64,000 nucleotides of DNA, taken from the NCBI GenBank assembly GCA_964016885.1, contig OZ024744.1, positions 131,750,001 to 131,814,000 of the forward strand, written 5' to 3'. The position numbers were made by a program, and so were the translations under genes. Under the pieces are notes generated by a model. That model worked only from the letters and a program-made list of their open reading frames with translations, was not told the origin of the DNA and made no database searches. The stretch comes from Eledone cirrhosa (Eukaryota). Below, one piece after another: positions 26,101 through 39,210 of the stretch (its first letter is position 1; each line of letters starts with the position of its first letter).

Positions 26101-29100
26101 GTTAAGTTAAGTTGGGGGTAAGTTAAGTTGGGAGTAAGTTAAGTTGGGGTTAATTTAGGTTGGGTCTAATTAAGTTGGGGTTAAGATAAGTTGGGGTTAA
26201 GTTAAGTTGGGGTTGAGTTAATTTGGGGTTAACTTAAGTTGGGGGTACTTAAGTTGGGGTTAAGTTAAGTTGGGGTTAAGTTAAGTGGTGGTTATGTTAA
26301 GTTGGGGTTAAGTTAAGTTGGGGTTAATTTAAATTGGGGTTAAGTTAACTTTGTGGTTAAGTTAAGTTGGGGTTAAGTTAAGTTGGGGTTCAGTTAAGTT
26401 GCGGTTAAGTTAAGTTGGGGTTAAGTTAAGTTGGGGTCAAGTTAAGCTGGGGTTAAGTTAAGTTGGGTTTAAGTTAGGTTGGTTAGTTAAGTTGAGTTTA
26501 AGTTAAGTTGGGGTTAATTTAAGTTGGGTTTAAGTTAAGTTGGGGTTCAGTTAAGTTGGGGTTAAGTTAAGTTTAGGTTAAGTTGGGGTTAAATTAATTT
26601 GGGGTTAAGTTAAGTTGGGGTTTAGTTAAGTTGGGGTTAAGTTAAGTTCGGGTTAATTTAAGTTGGGGTTAAGTTAAGTTGCGGGTAATTTAAGTTGGGG
26701 TTAAGTTAAGTTGGGGTTAAGTTAAGTTGGGGTTAAGTTAAGTTGGGGTTAAGTTAAGTTGGGGGTAAGTTAAGTTGGGGGTAAGTTAAGTTGGGGGTAA
26801 GTTAAGTTGGGGTTAAGTTAAGTTGGGGTTAAGTTAAGTTAGGGTTAAGTTAAGTTGGGGTTGAGTTAAGTTGGGGTTAAGTTAAGTTGGGGTTATGTTA
26901 AGTTGGGGTTAAGTTAAGTTGCGGTTAAGTTAAGTTGGGGTTAAGTTAAGTTGGGGTTAAGTTAAATTGGGGTTAAGTTAAGTTGGGGTTAAGTTAAGTT
27001 GGGGTTAAGTTAAGTTGGGGTTAAGTTAGATTGTGGTTAAGTTAAGTTGGGGTTAAGTTAAGTTGGGGTTAAGTTAAGTTGGGGTTAAGTTAAGGCGGGG
27101 TTAAGTTGAGTTGGTGTTAAGTTAAGTTGGGGTTAATTTAAGTTGGGGTTGAGTTAATTTTGGGTTAACTTAAGTTGGGGGTACTTAAGTTGGGTTTAAG
27201 TTAAGTGGGGTTAAGTTACTTTGGGGTTAAGTTAAGTTGGGGTTAAGTTAAGTTGGGGTTAAGTTAGGTTGTGGTTAAGTTAAGTTGGGGGTAAGTTAAG
27301 TTGGGGGTAAGTTAAGTTGGGGTTAATTTAAGTTGGGTCTAATTAAGTTGGGGTTAAGTTAAGTTGGGGTTAAGTTAAGTTGGGGTTGAGTTAAGTTGGT
27401 GTTAATTTAAGTTGGGGCTAAGTTAATTTGTGGTTAAGTTAAGTTGGGGTTAAGTTAAGTTGGGGTTAAGTTAAGTTGGGGCTGAGTTAAGTTGGGGTTG
27501 AGTTAATTTAGGGTTAAGTTAAGTTGGGGTTAAGTTAAGTTGGGGTTAAATTAAGTTGGGGTTAAGTTAAGTTGGGGGTAAGTTAAGTTGGGGTTAAGTT
27601 AAGTTGGGGCTAAGTTAAGTTGGGGCTGAGTTAAGTTGGGGTTAAGTTAAGTTGGGGTTAAGTTAAGTTGGGATTAAGTTAGGTTGTGGTTAAGTTAAGT
27701 TGGGGGTAAGTTAAGTTGGGGGTAAGTTAAGTTGGGGTTAATTTAAGTTGGGTCTAATTAAGTTGGGGTTAAGTTAAGTTGGGGTTAAGTTAAGTTGGGG
27801 TTGAGTTAAGTTGGGGTTAATTTAAGTTGGGGCTAAGTTAATTTGTGGTTAAGTTAAGTTGGGGTTAAGTTAAGTTGGGGTTAATTTAAGTTGGGGGTAA
27901 GTTAAGTTGGGGGCAAGTTAAGATGGGGTTAAGTTAAGTTGGGGTTAAATTAAGTTGGGGTTAAGTTAAGTTGGTGTTAAGTTAAGTTGGGGTTGAGTTA
28001 AGTTGGGGTTAAGTTAAGTTGGGTTTATATTAAGTTGGGGTTAAGTTAAGTTGGGGTTAAGTTAAGTTGGGGTTCAGTTAAGTTGCGGTTAATTTAAGTT
28101 GGGGTTAAGTTAAGTTGGGGTTAAGTTAAGTTGGGGTTAAGTTAAGTTGGGGTTAAGTTAAGTTGGTGTTAAGTTAAGTTGGGGCTAAGTTAAGTTGGGG
28201 CTGAGTTAAGTTGGGGCTGAGTTAAGTTGGGGTTAAGTTAAGTTGGGGTTGAGTTAAGTTGGGGTTAAGTTAAGTTGGGGTTAAGTTAAGTTGGGGTTAA
28301 GTTAAGTTGGGGTTAAGTTAAGTTGGGGTTTAGTTAAGTTGGGGTTCAGTTAAGTTGGGGTTAAGTTAAGTTTAGGTTAAGTTGGGGTTAAATTAATTTG
28401 GGGTTAAGTTAAGTTGGGGTTTAGTTAAGTTGGGGTTAAGTTAAGTTGGGGTTAATTTAAGTTGGGGTTAAGTTAAGTTGCGGGTAATTTAAGTTGGGGT
28501 TAAGTTAAGTTGGGGTTAAGTTAAGTTGGGGTTAAGTTAAGTTGGGGTTAAGTTAAGTTGGGGGTAAGTTAAGTTGGGGGTAAGTTAAGTTGGGGGTAAG
28601 TTAAGTTGGGGTTAAGTTAAGTTGGGGTTAAGTTAAGTTAGGGTTAAGTTAAGTTGGGGTTGAGTTAAATTGGGGTTAAGTTAAGTTGGGGTTAAGTTAA
28701 GTTGGGGTTAAGTTAAATTGGGGTTAAGTTAAGTTGGGGTTAAGTTAAGTTGGGGTTAAGTTAAGTTGGGGTTAAGTTAGATTGTGGTTAAGTTAAGTTG
28801 GGGTTAAGTTAAGTTGGGGTTAAGTTAAGTTGGGGTTAAGTTAAGGCGGGGTTAAGTTGAGTTGGTGTTAAGTTAAGTTGGGGTTAAGTTAAGTTGGGGT
28901 TGAGTTAATTTTGGGTTAACTTAAGTTGGGGGTACTTAAGTTGGGTTTAAGTTAAGTGGGGTTAAGTTAAGTTGGGGTTAAGTTAAGTTGGGGTTAAGTT
29001 AAGTTGGGATTAAATTAGGTTGTGGTTAAGTTAAGTTGGGGGTAAGTTAAGTTGGGGGTAAGTTAAGTTGGGGTTAATTTAAGTTGGGTCTAATTAAGTT

Positions 29101-32100
29101 GGGGTTAAGTTAAGTTGGGGTTAAGTTAAGTTGGGGTTGAGTTAATTTGGGGTTAACTTAAGTTGGGGGTACTTAAGTTGGGGTTAAGTTAAGTTGGGGT
29201 TAAGTTAAGTGGTGGTTATGTTAAGTTGGGGTTAAGTTAAGTTGGGGTTAATTTAAATTGGGGTTAAGTTAACTTTGTGGTTAAGTTAAGTTGGGGTTAA
29301 GTTAAGTTGGGGTTAAGTTAAGTTGGGGTTCAGTTAAGTTGCGGTTAAGTTAAGTTGGGGTTAAGTTAAGTTGGGGTCAAGTTAAGCTGGGGTTAAGTTA
29401 AGTTGGGGTTAAGTTAGGTTGGTTAGTTAAGTTGAGTTTTAGTTAAGTTGGGGTTAATTTAAGTTGGGTTTAAGTTAAGTTGGGGTTAAGTTAAGTTGGG
29501 GTTAAGTTAAGTTGGGGTTAAGTTAAGTTGGGGTTAAGTTAAGTTGGGGTTAAGTTAAGTTGGGGTTAAGTTAAGTTGGGGTCAAGTTAAGTTGGGGTTA
29601 AAATTAAGTTGGGGTTTAGTTAAGTTGGGGTTCAGTTAAGTTGGGGTTAAGATAAGTTTAGGTTAAGTTGGGGTTAAATTAATTTGGGGTTAAGTTAAGT
29701 TGGGGTTTAGTTAAGTTGGGGTTAAGTTAAGTTGGGGTTAATTTAAGTTGGGGTTAAGTTAAGTTGCGGGTAATTTAAGTTGGGGTTAAGTTAAGTTGGG
29801 GTTAAGTTAAGTTGGGGTTAAGTTAAGTTGGGGGTAAGTTAAGTTGGGGGTAAGTTAAGTTGGGGGTAAGTTAAGTTGGGGTTAAGTTAAGTTGGGGTTA
29901 AGTTAAGTTAGGGTTAAGTTAAGTTGGGGTTGAGTTAAGTTGGGGTTAATTTAAGTTGGGGTTATGTTAAGTTGGGGTTAAGTTAAATTGGGGTTAAGTT
30001 AAGTTGGGGTTAAGTTAAGTTGGGGTTAAGTTAAGTTGGGGTTAAGTTAGATTGTGGTTAAGTTAAGTTGGGGTTAAGTTAAGTTGGGGTTAATTTAAGT
30101 TGGGGTTAAGTTAAGGCGGGGTTAAGTTGAGTTGGTGTTAAGTTAAGTTGGGGTTAAGTTAAGTTGGGGTTGAGTTAATTTTGGGTTAACTTAAGTTGGG
30201 GGTACTTAAGTTGGGTTTAAGTTAAGTGGGGTTAAGTTAAGTTGGGGTTAAGTTAAGTTGGGGTTTAGTTAAGTTGGGGTTAAGTTAGGTTGTGGTTAAG
30301 TTAAGTTGGGGGTAAGTTAAGTTGGGGGTAAGTTAAGTTGGGGTTAATTTAAGTTGGGTCTAATTAAGTTGGGGTTAAGTTAAGTTGGGGTTAAGTAAAG
30401 TTGGGGTTGAGTTAAGTTGGGGTTAATTTAAGTTGGGGCTAAGTTAATTTGTGGTTAAGTTAAGTTGGGGTTAAGTTAAGTTGGGGTTAAGTTAAGTTGG
30501 GGCTGAGTTAAGTTGGGGTTGAGTTAATTTAGGGTTAAGTTAAGTTGGGGTTAAGTTAAGTTGGGTTTAAGTTAAGTTGGGGTTAAATTAAGTTGGGGTT
30601 AAGTTAAGTTGGGGGTAAGTTAAGTTGGGGGCAAGTTAAGTTGGGGTTAAGTTAAGTTGGGGTTAAATTAAGTTGGGGTTAAGTTAAGTTGGTGTTAAGT
30701 TAAGTTGGGGTTTATTTAAGTTGGGGTTAATTAAGTTGGGGTTAAGTTTAGTTGGGGTTAAGTTAAGTTGGGGTTAATTTAAGTTGGGGTTGAGTTAAGT
30801 TGGGGTTAAGTTAAGTTGGGTTTATATTAAGTTGGGGTTAAGTTAAGTTGGGGTTAAGTTAAGTTGGGGTTCAGTTAAGTTGCGGTTAAGTTAAGTTGGG
30901 GTTAAGTTAAGTTGGGGTTAAGTTAAGTTGGGGTTAAGTTAAGTTGGTGTTAAGTTAAGTTGGGGCTAAGTTAAGTTGGGGCTGAGTTAAGTTGGGGCTG
31001 AGTTAAGTTGGGGTTAAGTTAAGTTGGGGTTGAGTTAAGTTGGGGTTAAGTTAAGTTGGGGTTAAGTTAAGTTGGGGTTAAGTTAAGTTGGGGTTAAGTT
31101 AAGTTGGGGTTTAGTTAAGTTGGGGTTCAGGTAAGTTGGGGTTAAGTTAAGTTTAGGTTAAGTTGGGGTTAAATTAATTTGGGTTTAAGTTAAGTTGGGG
31201 TTTAGTTAAGTTGGGCTTAAGTTAAGTTGGGGTTAATTTAAGTTGGGGTTAAGTTAAGTTGCGGGTAATTTAAGTTGGGGTTAAGTTAAGTTGGGGTTAA
31301 GTTAAGTTGGGGTTAAGTTAAGTTAGGGTTAAGTTAAGTTGGGGGTAAGTTAAGTTGGGGGTAAGTTAAGTTGGGGGTAAGTTAAGTTGGGGTTAAGTTA
31401 AGTTGGGGTTAAGTTAAGTTAGGGTTAAGTTAAGTTGGGGTTGAGTTAAATTGGGGTTAAGTTAAGTTGGGGTTATATTAAGTTGGGGTTAAGTTAAGTT
31501 GCGGTTAAGTTAAGTTGGGGTTAAGTTAAGTTGGGGTAAAGTTAAATTGGGGTTAAGTTAAGTTGGGGTTAAGTTAAGTTGGGGTTAATTTAAGTTGGGG
31601 TTAAGTTAGATTGTCGTTAAGTTAAGTTGGGGTTAAGTTAAGTTGGGGTTAAGTTAAGGCGGGGTTAAGTTGAGTTGGTGTTAAGTTAAGTTGGGGTTAA
31701 GTTAAGTTGGGGTTGAGTTAATTTTGGGTTAACTTAAGTTGGGGGTACTTAAGTTGGGTTTAAGTTAAGTGGGGTTAAGTTAAGTTGGGGTTAAGTTAAG
31801 TTGGCATTAAGTTAGGTTGTGGTTAAGTTAAGTTGGGGGTAAGTTAAGTTGGGAGTAAGTTAAGTTGGGGTTAATTTAGGTTGGGTCTAATTAAGTTGGG
31901 GTTAAGATAAGTTGGGGTTAAGTTAAGTTGGGGTTGAGTTAATTTGGGGTTAACTTAAGTTGGGGGTACTTAAGTTGGGGTTAAGTTAAGTTGGGGTTAA
32001 GTTAAGTGGTGGTTATGTTAAGTTGGGGTTAAGTTAAGTTGGGGTTAATTTAAATTGGGGTTAAGTTAACTTTGTGGTTAAGTTAAGTTGGGGTTAAGTT

Positions 32101-35100
32101 AAGTTGGGGTTCAGTTAAGTTGCGGTTAAGTTAAGTTGGGGTTAAGTTAAGTTGGGGTCAAGTTAAGCTGGGGTTAAGTTAAGTTGGGTTTAAGTTAGGT
32201 TGGTTAGTTAAGTTGAGTTTAAGTTAAGTTGGGGTTAATTTAAGTTGGGTTTAAGTTAAGTTGGGGTTCAGTTAAGTTGGGGTTAAGTTAAGTTTAGGTT
32301 AAGTTGGGGTTAAATTAATTTGGGGTTAAGTTAAGTTGGGGTTTAGTTAAGTTGGGGTTAAGTTAAGTTCGGGTTAATTTAAGTTGGGGTTAAGTTAAGT
32401 TGCGGGTAATTTAAGTTGGGGTTAAGTTAAGTTGGGGTTAAGTTAAGTTGGGGTTAAGTTAAGTTGGGGTTAAGTTAAGTTGGGGGTAAGTTAAGTTGGG
32501 GGTAAGTTAAGTTGGGGGTAAGTTAAGTTGGGGTTAAGTTAAGTTGGGGTTAAGTTAAGTTAGGGTTAAGTTAAGTTGGGGTTGAGTTAAGTTGGGGTTA
32601 AGTTAAGTTGGGGTTATGTTAAGTTGGGGTTAAGTTAAGTTGCGGTTAAGTTAAGTTGGGGTTAAGTTAAGTTGGGGTTAAGTTAAATTGGGGTTAAGTT
32701 AAGTTGGGGTTAAGTTAAGTTGGGGTTAAGTTAAGTTGGGGTTAAGTTAGATTGTGGTTAAGTTAAGTTGGGGTTAAGTTAAGTTGGGGTTAAGTTAAGT
32801 TGGGGTTAAGTTAAGGCGGGGTTAAGTTGAGTTGGTGTTAAGTTAAGTTGGGGTTAATTTAAGTTGGGGTTGAGTTAATTTTGGGTTAACTTAAGTTGGG
32901 GGTACTTAAGTTGGGTTTAAGTTAAGTGGGGTTAAGTTACTTTGGGGTTAAGTTAAGTTGGGGTTAAGTTAAGTTGGGGTTAAGTTAGGTTGTGGTTAAG
33001 TTAAGTTGGGGGTAAGTTAAGTTGGGGGTAAGTTAAGTTGGGGTTAATTTAAGTTGGGTCTAATTAAGTTGGGGTTAAGTTAAGTTGGGGTTAAGTTAAG
33101 TTGGGGTTGAGTTAAGTTGGTGTTAATTTAAGTTGGGGCTAAGTTAATTTGTGGTTAAGTTAAGTTGGGGTTAAGTTAAGTTGGGGTTAAGTTAAGTTGG
33201 GGCTGAGTTAAGTTGGGGTTGAGTTAATTTAGGGTTAAGTTAAGTTGGGGTTAAGTTAAGTTGGGGTTAAATTAAGTTGGGGTTAAGTTAAGTTGGGGGT
33301 AAGTTAAGTTGGGGTTAAGTTAAGTTGGGGCTAAGTTAAGTTGGGGCTGAGTTAAGTTGGGGTTAAGTTAAGTTGGGGTTAAGTTAAGTTGGGATTAAGT
33401 TAGGTTGTGGTTAAGTTAAGTTGGGGGTAAGTTAAGTTGGGGGTAAGTTAAGTTGGGGTTAATTTAAGTTGGGTCTAATTAAGTTGGGGTTAAGTTAAGT
33501 TGGGGTTAAGTTAAGTTGGGGTTGAGTTAAGTTGGGGTTAATTTAAGTTGGGGCTAAGTTAATTTGTGGTTAAGTTAAGTTGGGGTTAAGTTAAGTTGGG
33601 GTTAATTTAAGTTGGGGGTAAGTTAAGTTGGGGGCAAGTTAAGATGGGCTTAAGTTAAGTTGGGGTTAAATTAAGTTGGGGTTAAGTTAAGTTGGTGTTA
33701 AGTTAAGTTGGGGTTGAGTTAAGTTGGGGTTAAGTTAAGTTGGGTTTATATTAAGTTGGGGTTAAGTTAAGTTGGGGTTAAGTTAAGTTGGGGTTCAGTT
33801 AAGTTGCGGTTAATTTAAGTTGGGGTTAAGTTAAGTTGGGGTTAAGTTAAGTTGGGGTTAAGTTAAGTTGGGGTTAAGTTAAGTTGGTGTTAAGTTAAGT
33901 TGGGGCTAAGTTAAGTTGGGGCTGAGTTAAGTTGGGGCTGAGTTAAGTTGGGGTTAAGTTAAGTTGGGGTTGAGTTAAGTTGGGGTTAAGTTAAGTTGGG
34001 GTTAAGTTAAGTTGGGGTTAAGTTAAGTTGGGCTTAAGTTAAGTTGGGGTTTAGTTAAGATGGGGTTCAGTTAAGTTGGGGTTAAGTTAAGTTTAGGTTA
34101 AGTTGGGGTTAAATTAATTTGGGGTTAAGTTAAGTTGGGGTTTAGTTAAGTTGGGGTTAAGTTAAGTTGGGGTTAATTTAAGTTGGGGTTAAGTTAAGTT
34201 GCGGGTAATTTAAGTTGGGGTTAAGTTAAGTTGGGGTTAAGTTAAGTTGGGGTTAAGTTAAGTTGGGGTTAAGTTAAGTTGGGGGTAAGTTAAGTTGGGG
34301 GTAAGTTAAGTTGGGGGTAAGTTAAGTTGGGGTTAAGTTAAGTTGGGGTTAAGTTAAGTTAGGGTTAAGTTAAGTTGGGGTTGAGTTAAATTGGGGTTAA
34401 GTTAAGTTGGGGTTAAGTTAAGTTGGGGTTAAATTAAATTGGGGTTAAGTTAAGTTGGGGTTAAGTTAAGTTGGGGTTAAGTTAAGTTGGGGTTAAGTTA
34501 GATTGTGGTTAAGTTAAGTTGGGGTTAAGTTAAGTTGGGGTTAAGTTAAGTTGGGGTTAAGTTAAGGCGGGGTTAAGTTGAGTTGGTGTTAAGTTAAGTT
34601 GGGGTTAAGTTAAGTTGGGGTTGAGTTAATTTTGGGTTAACTTAAGTTGGGGGTACTTAAGTTGGGTTTAAGTTAAGTGGGGTTAAGTTAAGTTGGGGTT
34701 AAGTTAAGTTGGGGTTAAGTTAAGTTGGGATTAAATTAGGTTGTGGTTAAGTTAAGTTGGGGGTAAGTTAAGTTGGGGGTAAGTTAAGTTGGGGTTAATT
34801 TAAGTTGGGTCTAATTAAGTTGGGGTTAAGTTAAGTTGGGGTTAAGTTAAGTTGGGGTTGAGTTAATTTGGGGTTAACTTAAGTTGGGGGTACTTAAGTT
34901 GGGGTTAAGTTAAGTTGGGGTTAAGTTAAGTGGTGGTTATGTTAAGTTGGGGTTAAGTTAAGTTGGGGTTAATTTAAATTGGGGTTAAGTTAACTTTGTG
35001 GTTAAGTTAAGTTGGGGTTAAGTTAAGTTGGGGTTAAGTTAAGTTGGGGTTCAGTTAAGTTGCGGTTAAGTTAAGTTGGGGTTAAGTTAAGTTGGGGTCA

Positions 35101-35395
35101 AGTTAAGCTGGGGTTAAGTTAAGTTGGGGTTAAGTTAGGTTGGTTAGTTAAGTTGAGTTTTAGTTAAGTTGGGGTTAATTTAAGTTGGGTTTAAGTTAAG
35201 TTGGGGTTAAGTTAAGTTGGGGTTAAGTTAAGTTGGGGTTAAGTTAATTTGGGGTTCAGTTAAGTTGGGGTTAAGTCAAGTTGGGGATAAGTTGGGGTTA
35301 AATTAATTTGGGGTTAAGTTAAGTTGGGGTTAAGTTAAGTTGGGGTTAAGTTAAGTTGGGGTTAAGTTAATTTGTGGTTAAGTTAAGTTGGGGTT

Positions 35396-35820
35396 AACCC
35401 CAACTTCACTCAACCCCACCTTAACTCAACCCCAACTTAACTTAACCCCAACTTCACTCAACCCCAACTTAACTTAACCCCAACTTCACTCAACCCCAAC
35501 TTAACTCAAACCCAACTTAACTTAACCCCAACTTAACTTAACCTTAACTTAACTTAACCCCGACTTAACTTAACTTCGACTTAACTTAACCCCAACTTAA
35601 CTTAACCCCAACTTAACTTAACCCCAACTTAACTTAACCACAAATTAACTTAACCCCAACTTAAATTAAACCCAACTTAAATTAACCCCAACTTAACTTA
35701 ACCCCAACTTAACTTAACCCCAACTTAACTCACACCCAACTTAACTTACCCCCAACTTAACTTAACCCCAACTTGACTTAACCCCAACTTAACTTAACCC
35801 CAACTTAACTTAACCCCAAA
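35396..35820 (-). repeat. Inverted satellite island 6 (425 bp; copy of island 2)
   Basis: Same junctions; shares the ATTAAACCC variant with island 2. Confidence 0.97.
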
Positions 35821-37190
35821 TTCGGGGTTAAGTTAAGTTGGGGTTAAGTTAAGTTAGGCTTAACTTAAGTTGGGGTTAAGTTAAGTTGGGGGTAACTTAA
35901 GTTCTGGGTAAGTTAAGTTGGGGTTAAGTTGGGGTTAAGTTAAGTTAGGGTTAAGTTAAGTTGGGGTTGAGTTAAGTTGGGGTTAAGTTAAGTTGGGGTT
36001 AAGTTAAGTTGGGGTCAAGTTAAGTTGGGGTTAAAATTAAGTTGGGGTTAAGTCAAGTTGGGGTTAAGTTAAGTTGGGGTTAATTTAGTTGGGGTTAAGT
36101 TAAGTTGGGGCTAAGTTAAGTTGGGGCTAAGTTAAGTTGGGGCTAAGTTAAGTTGGGGTTAAGTTAAGTTGGGGTTAAGTTAAGTTGGGGTTAATTTAAA
36201 TTGGGGTTAAGTTAACTTTGTGGTTAAGTTACGTTGGGGTTAAGTTAAGTTGGGGTTAAGTTAAGTTGGGGTTGAGTTAAGTTGGGGTTGAGTGAAGTTG
36301 GGGTTAAGTTAAGTTGGGGTTAAGTTAAGTTGGCGTTAAGTTAAGTTGGGGTTGAGTTAAGTTGGGGTTGAGTTAATTTAGGGTTAAGTTAAGTTGGGGT
36401 TAAGTTAAGTTGGGTTTAAATTAAGTTGGGGTTAAATTAAGTTGGGGTTAATTTAAGTTGGGGGTAAGTTAAGTTGGGGTTAAGTTAAGTTGGGGTTAAG
36501 TTAAGTTGGGGGTACTTAAGTTGGGTTTAAGTTAAGTGGGTTTAAGTTAAGTTGGGGTTAAGTTAAGTTGGCATTAAGTTAGGTTGTGGTTAAGTTAAGT
36601 TGGGGGTAAGTTAAGTTGGGAGTAAGTTAAGTTGGGGTTAATTTAGGTTGGGTCTAATTAAGTTGGGGTTAAGATAAGTTGGGGTTAAGTTAAGTTGGGG
36701 TTGAGTTAATTTGGGGTTAACTTAAGTTGGGGGTACTTAAGTTGGGGTTAAGTTAAGTTGGGGTTAAGTTAAGTGGTGGTTATGTTAAGTTGGGGTTAAG
36801 TTAAGTTGGGGTTAATTTAAATTGGGGTTAAGTTAACTTTGTGGTTAAGTTAAGTTGGGGTTAAGTTAAGTTGGGGTTCAGTTAAGTTGCGGTTAAGTTA
36901 AGTTGGGGTTAAGTTAAGTTGGGGTTAAGTTAGGTTGGTTAGTTAAGTTGAGTTTAAGTTAAGTTGGGGTTAATTTAAGTTGGGTTTAAGTTAAGTTGGG
37001 GTTAAGTTAAGTTGGGGTTAAGTTAAGTTGGGGTTAAGTTAATTTGGGGTTCAGTTAAGTTGGGGTTAAGTCAAGTTGGGGTTAAGTTGGGGTTAAATTA
37101 ATTTGGGGTTAAGTTAAGTTGGGGTTAAGTTAAGTTGGGGTTAAGTTAAGTTGGGGTTAAGTTAATTTGTGGTTAAGTTAAGTTGGGGTT

Positions 37191-37599
37191 AACCCCAACT
37201 TCACTCAACCCCACCTTAACTCAACCCCAACTTAACTTAACCCCAACTTCACTCAACCCCAACTTAACTTAACCCCAACTTCACTCAACCCCAACTTAAC
37301 TCAAACCCAACTTAACTTAACCCCAACTTAACTTAACCCCAACTTAACTTAACCCCGACTTAACTTAACTTCGACTTAACTTAACCCCAACTTAACTTAA
37401 CCCCAACTTAACTTAACCCCAACTTAACTTAACCACAAATTAACTTAACCCCAACTTAAATTAACCCCAACTTAAATTAACCCCAACTTAACTTAACCCC
37501 AACTTAACTCACACCCAACTTAACTTACCCCCAACTTAACTTAACTCCAACTTGACTTAACCCCAACTTAACTTAACCCTAACTTAACTTAACCCCAAA
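37191..37599 (-). repeat. Inverted satellite island 7 (409 bp; copy of island 3)
   Basis: Same junctions; shares the AACTCCAAC variant with island 3. Confidence 0.97.
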
Positions 37600-38785
37600 T
37601 TCGGGGTTAAGTTAAGTTGGGGTTAAGTTAAGTTAGGCTTAACTTAAGTTGGGGTTAAGTTAAGTTGGGGTTAAGTTAAGTTAAGGTTAAGTTAAGTTGG
37701 GGTTGAGTTAAGTTGGGGTTAAGTTAAGTTGGGGTTAAGTTAAGTTGGGGTCAAGTTAAGTTGGGGTTAAAATTAAGTTGGGGTTAAGTCAAGTTGGGGT
37801 TAAGTTAAGTTGGGGTTAATTTAGTTGGGGTTAAGTTAAGTTGGGGCTAAGTTAAGTTGGGGCTAAGTTAAGTTGGGGCTAAGTTAAGTTGGGGTTAAGT
37901 TAAGTTGGGGTTAAGTTAAGTTGGGGTTAATTTAAATTGGGGTTAAGTTAACTTTGTGGTTAAGTTACGTTGGGGTTAAGTTAAGTTGGGGTTAAGTTAA
38001 GTTGGGGTTGAGTTAAGTTGGGGTTGAGTGAAGTTGGGGTTAAGTTAAGTTGGGGTTAAGTTAAGTTGGCGTTAAGTTAAGTTGGGGTTGAGTTAAGTTG
38101 GGGTTGAGTTAATTTAGGGTTAAGTTAAGTTGGGGTTAAGTTAAGTTGGGTTTAAATTAAGTTGGGGTTAAATTAAGTTGGGGTTAATTTAAGTTGGGGG
38201 TAAGTTAAGTTGGGGTTAAGTTAAGTTGGGGTTAAGTTAAGTTGGGGTTAAGTTAAGTTGGGGTCAAGTTAAGTTGGGGTTAAAATTAAGTTGGGGTTAA
38301 GTCAAGTTGGGGTTAAGTTAATTTGGGGTTAATTTAGTTGGGGTTAAGTTAAGTTGGGGCTAAGTTAAGTTGGGGCTAAGTTAAGTTGGGGCTAAGTTAA
38401 GTTGGGGTTAATTTAAGTTGGGGTTAAGTTAAGGTGGGGTTCAGTTAAGTTGCGGTTAAGTTAAGTTGGGGTTAAGTTAAGTTGGGGTTAAGTTAAGTTG
38501 GGGTTAAGTTAAGTTGGGGTTCAGTTAAGTTGCGGTTAAGTTAAGTTGGGGTTAAGTTAAGTTGGGGTTAAGTTAAGTCGGGGTTAAGTTAAGTTGGGGT
38601 CAAGTTAAGTTGGGGTTAAGTTAAGTTGGGGTTAAGTTAAGTTGGTTAGTTAAGTTGAGTTTAAGTGAAGTTGGGGTTAATTTAAGTTGGGGTTAAGTTG
38701 GGGTTAAATTAATTTGGGGTTAAGTTAAGTTGGGGTTAAGTTAAGTTGGGGTTAAGTTAATTTGTGGTTAAGTTAAGTTGGGGTT

Positions 38786-39210
38786 AACCCCAACTTCACT
38801 CAACCCCACCTTAACTCAACCCCAACTTAACTTAACCCCAACTTCACTCAACCCCAACTTAACTTAACCCCAACTTCACTCAACCCCAACTTAACTCAAA
38901 CCCAACTTAACTTAACCCCAACTTAACTTAACCCTAACTTAACTTAACCCCGACTTAACTTAACTTCGACTTAACTTAACCCCAACTTAAATTAACCCCA
39001 ACTTAACTTAACCCCAACTTAACTTAACCACAAATTAACTTAACCCCAACTTAAATTAACCCCAACTTAAATTAACCCCAACTTAACTGAACCCCAACTT
39101 AACTTAACCCCAACTTAACTCACACCCAACTTAACTTACCCCCAACTTAACTTAACCCCAACTTGACTTAACCCCAACTTAACTTAACCCCAACTTAACT
39201 TAACCCCAAA
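38786..39210 (-). repeat. Inverted satellite island 8 (425 bp; copy of island 4)
   Basis: Same junctions; CTGAAC variant. Confidence 0.97.
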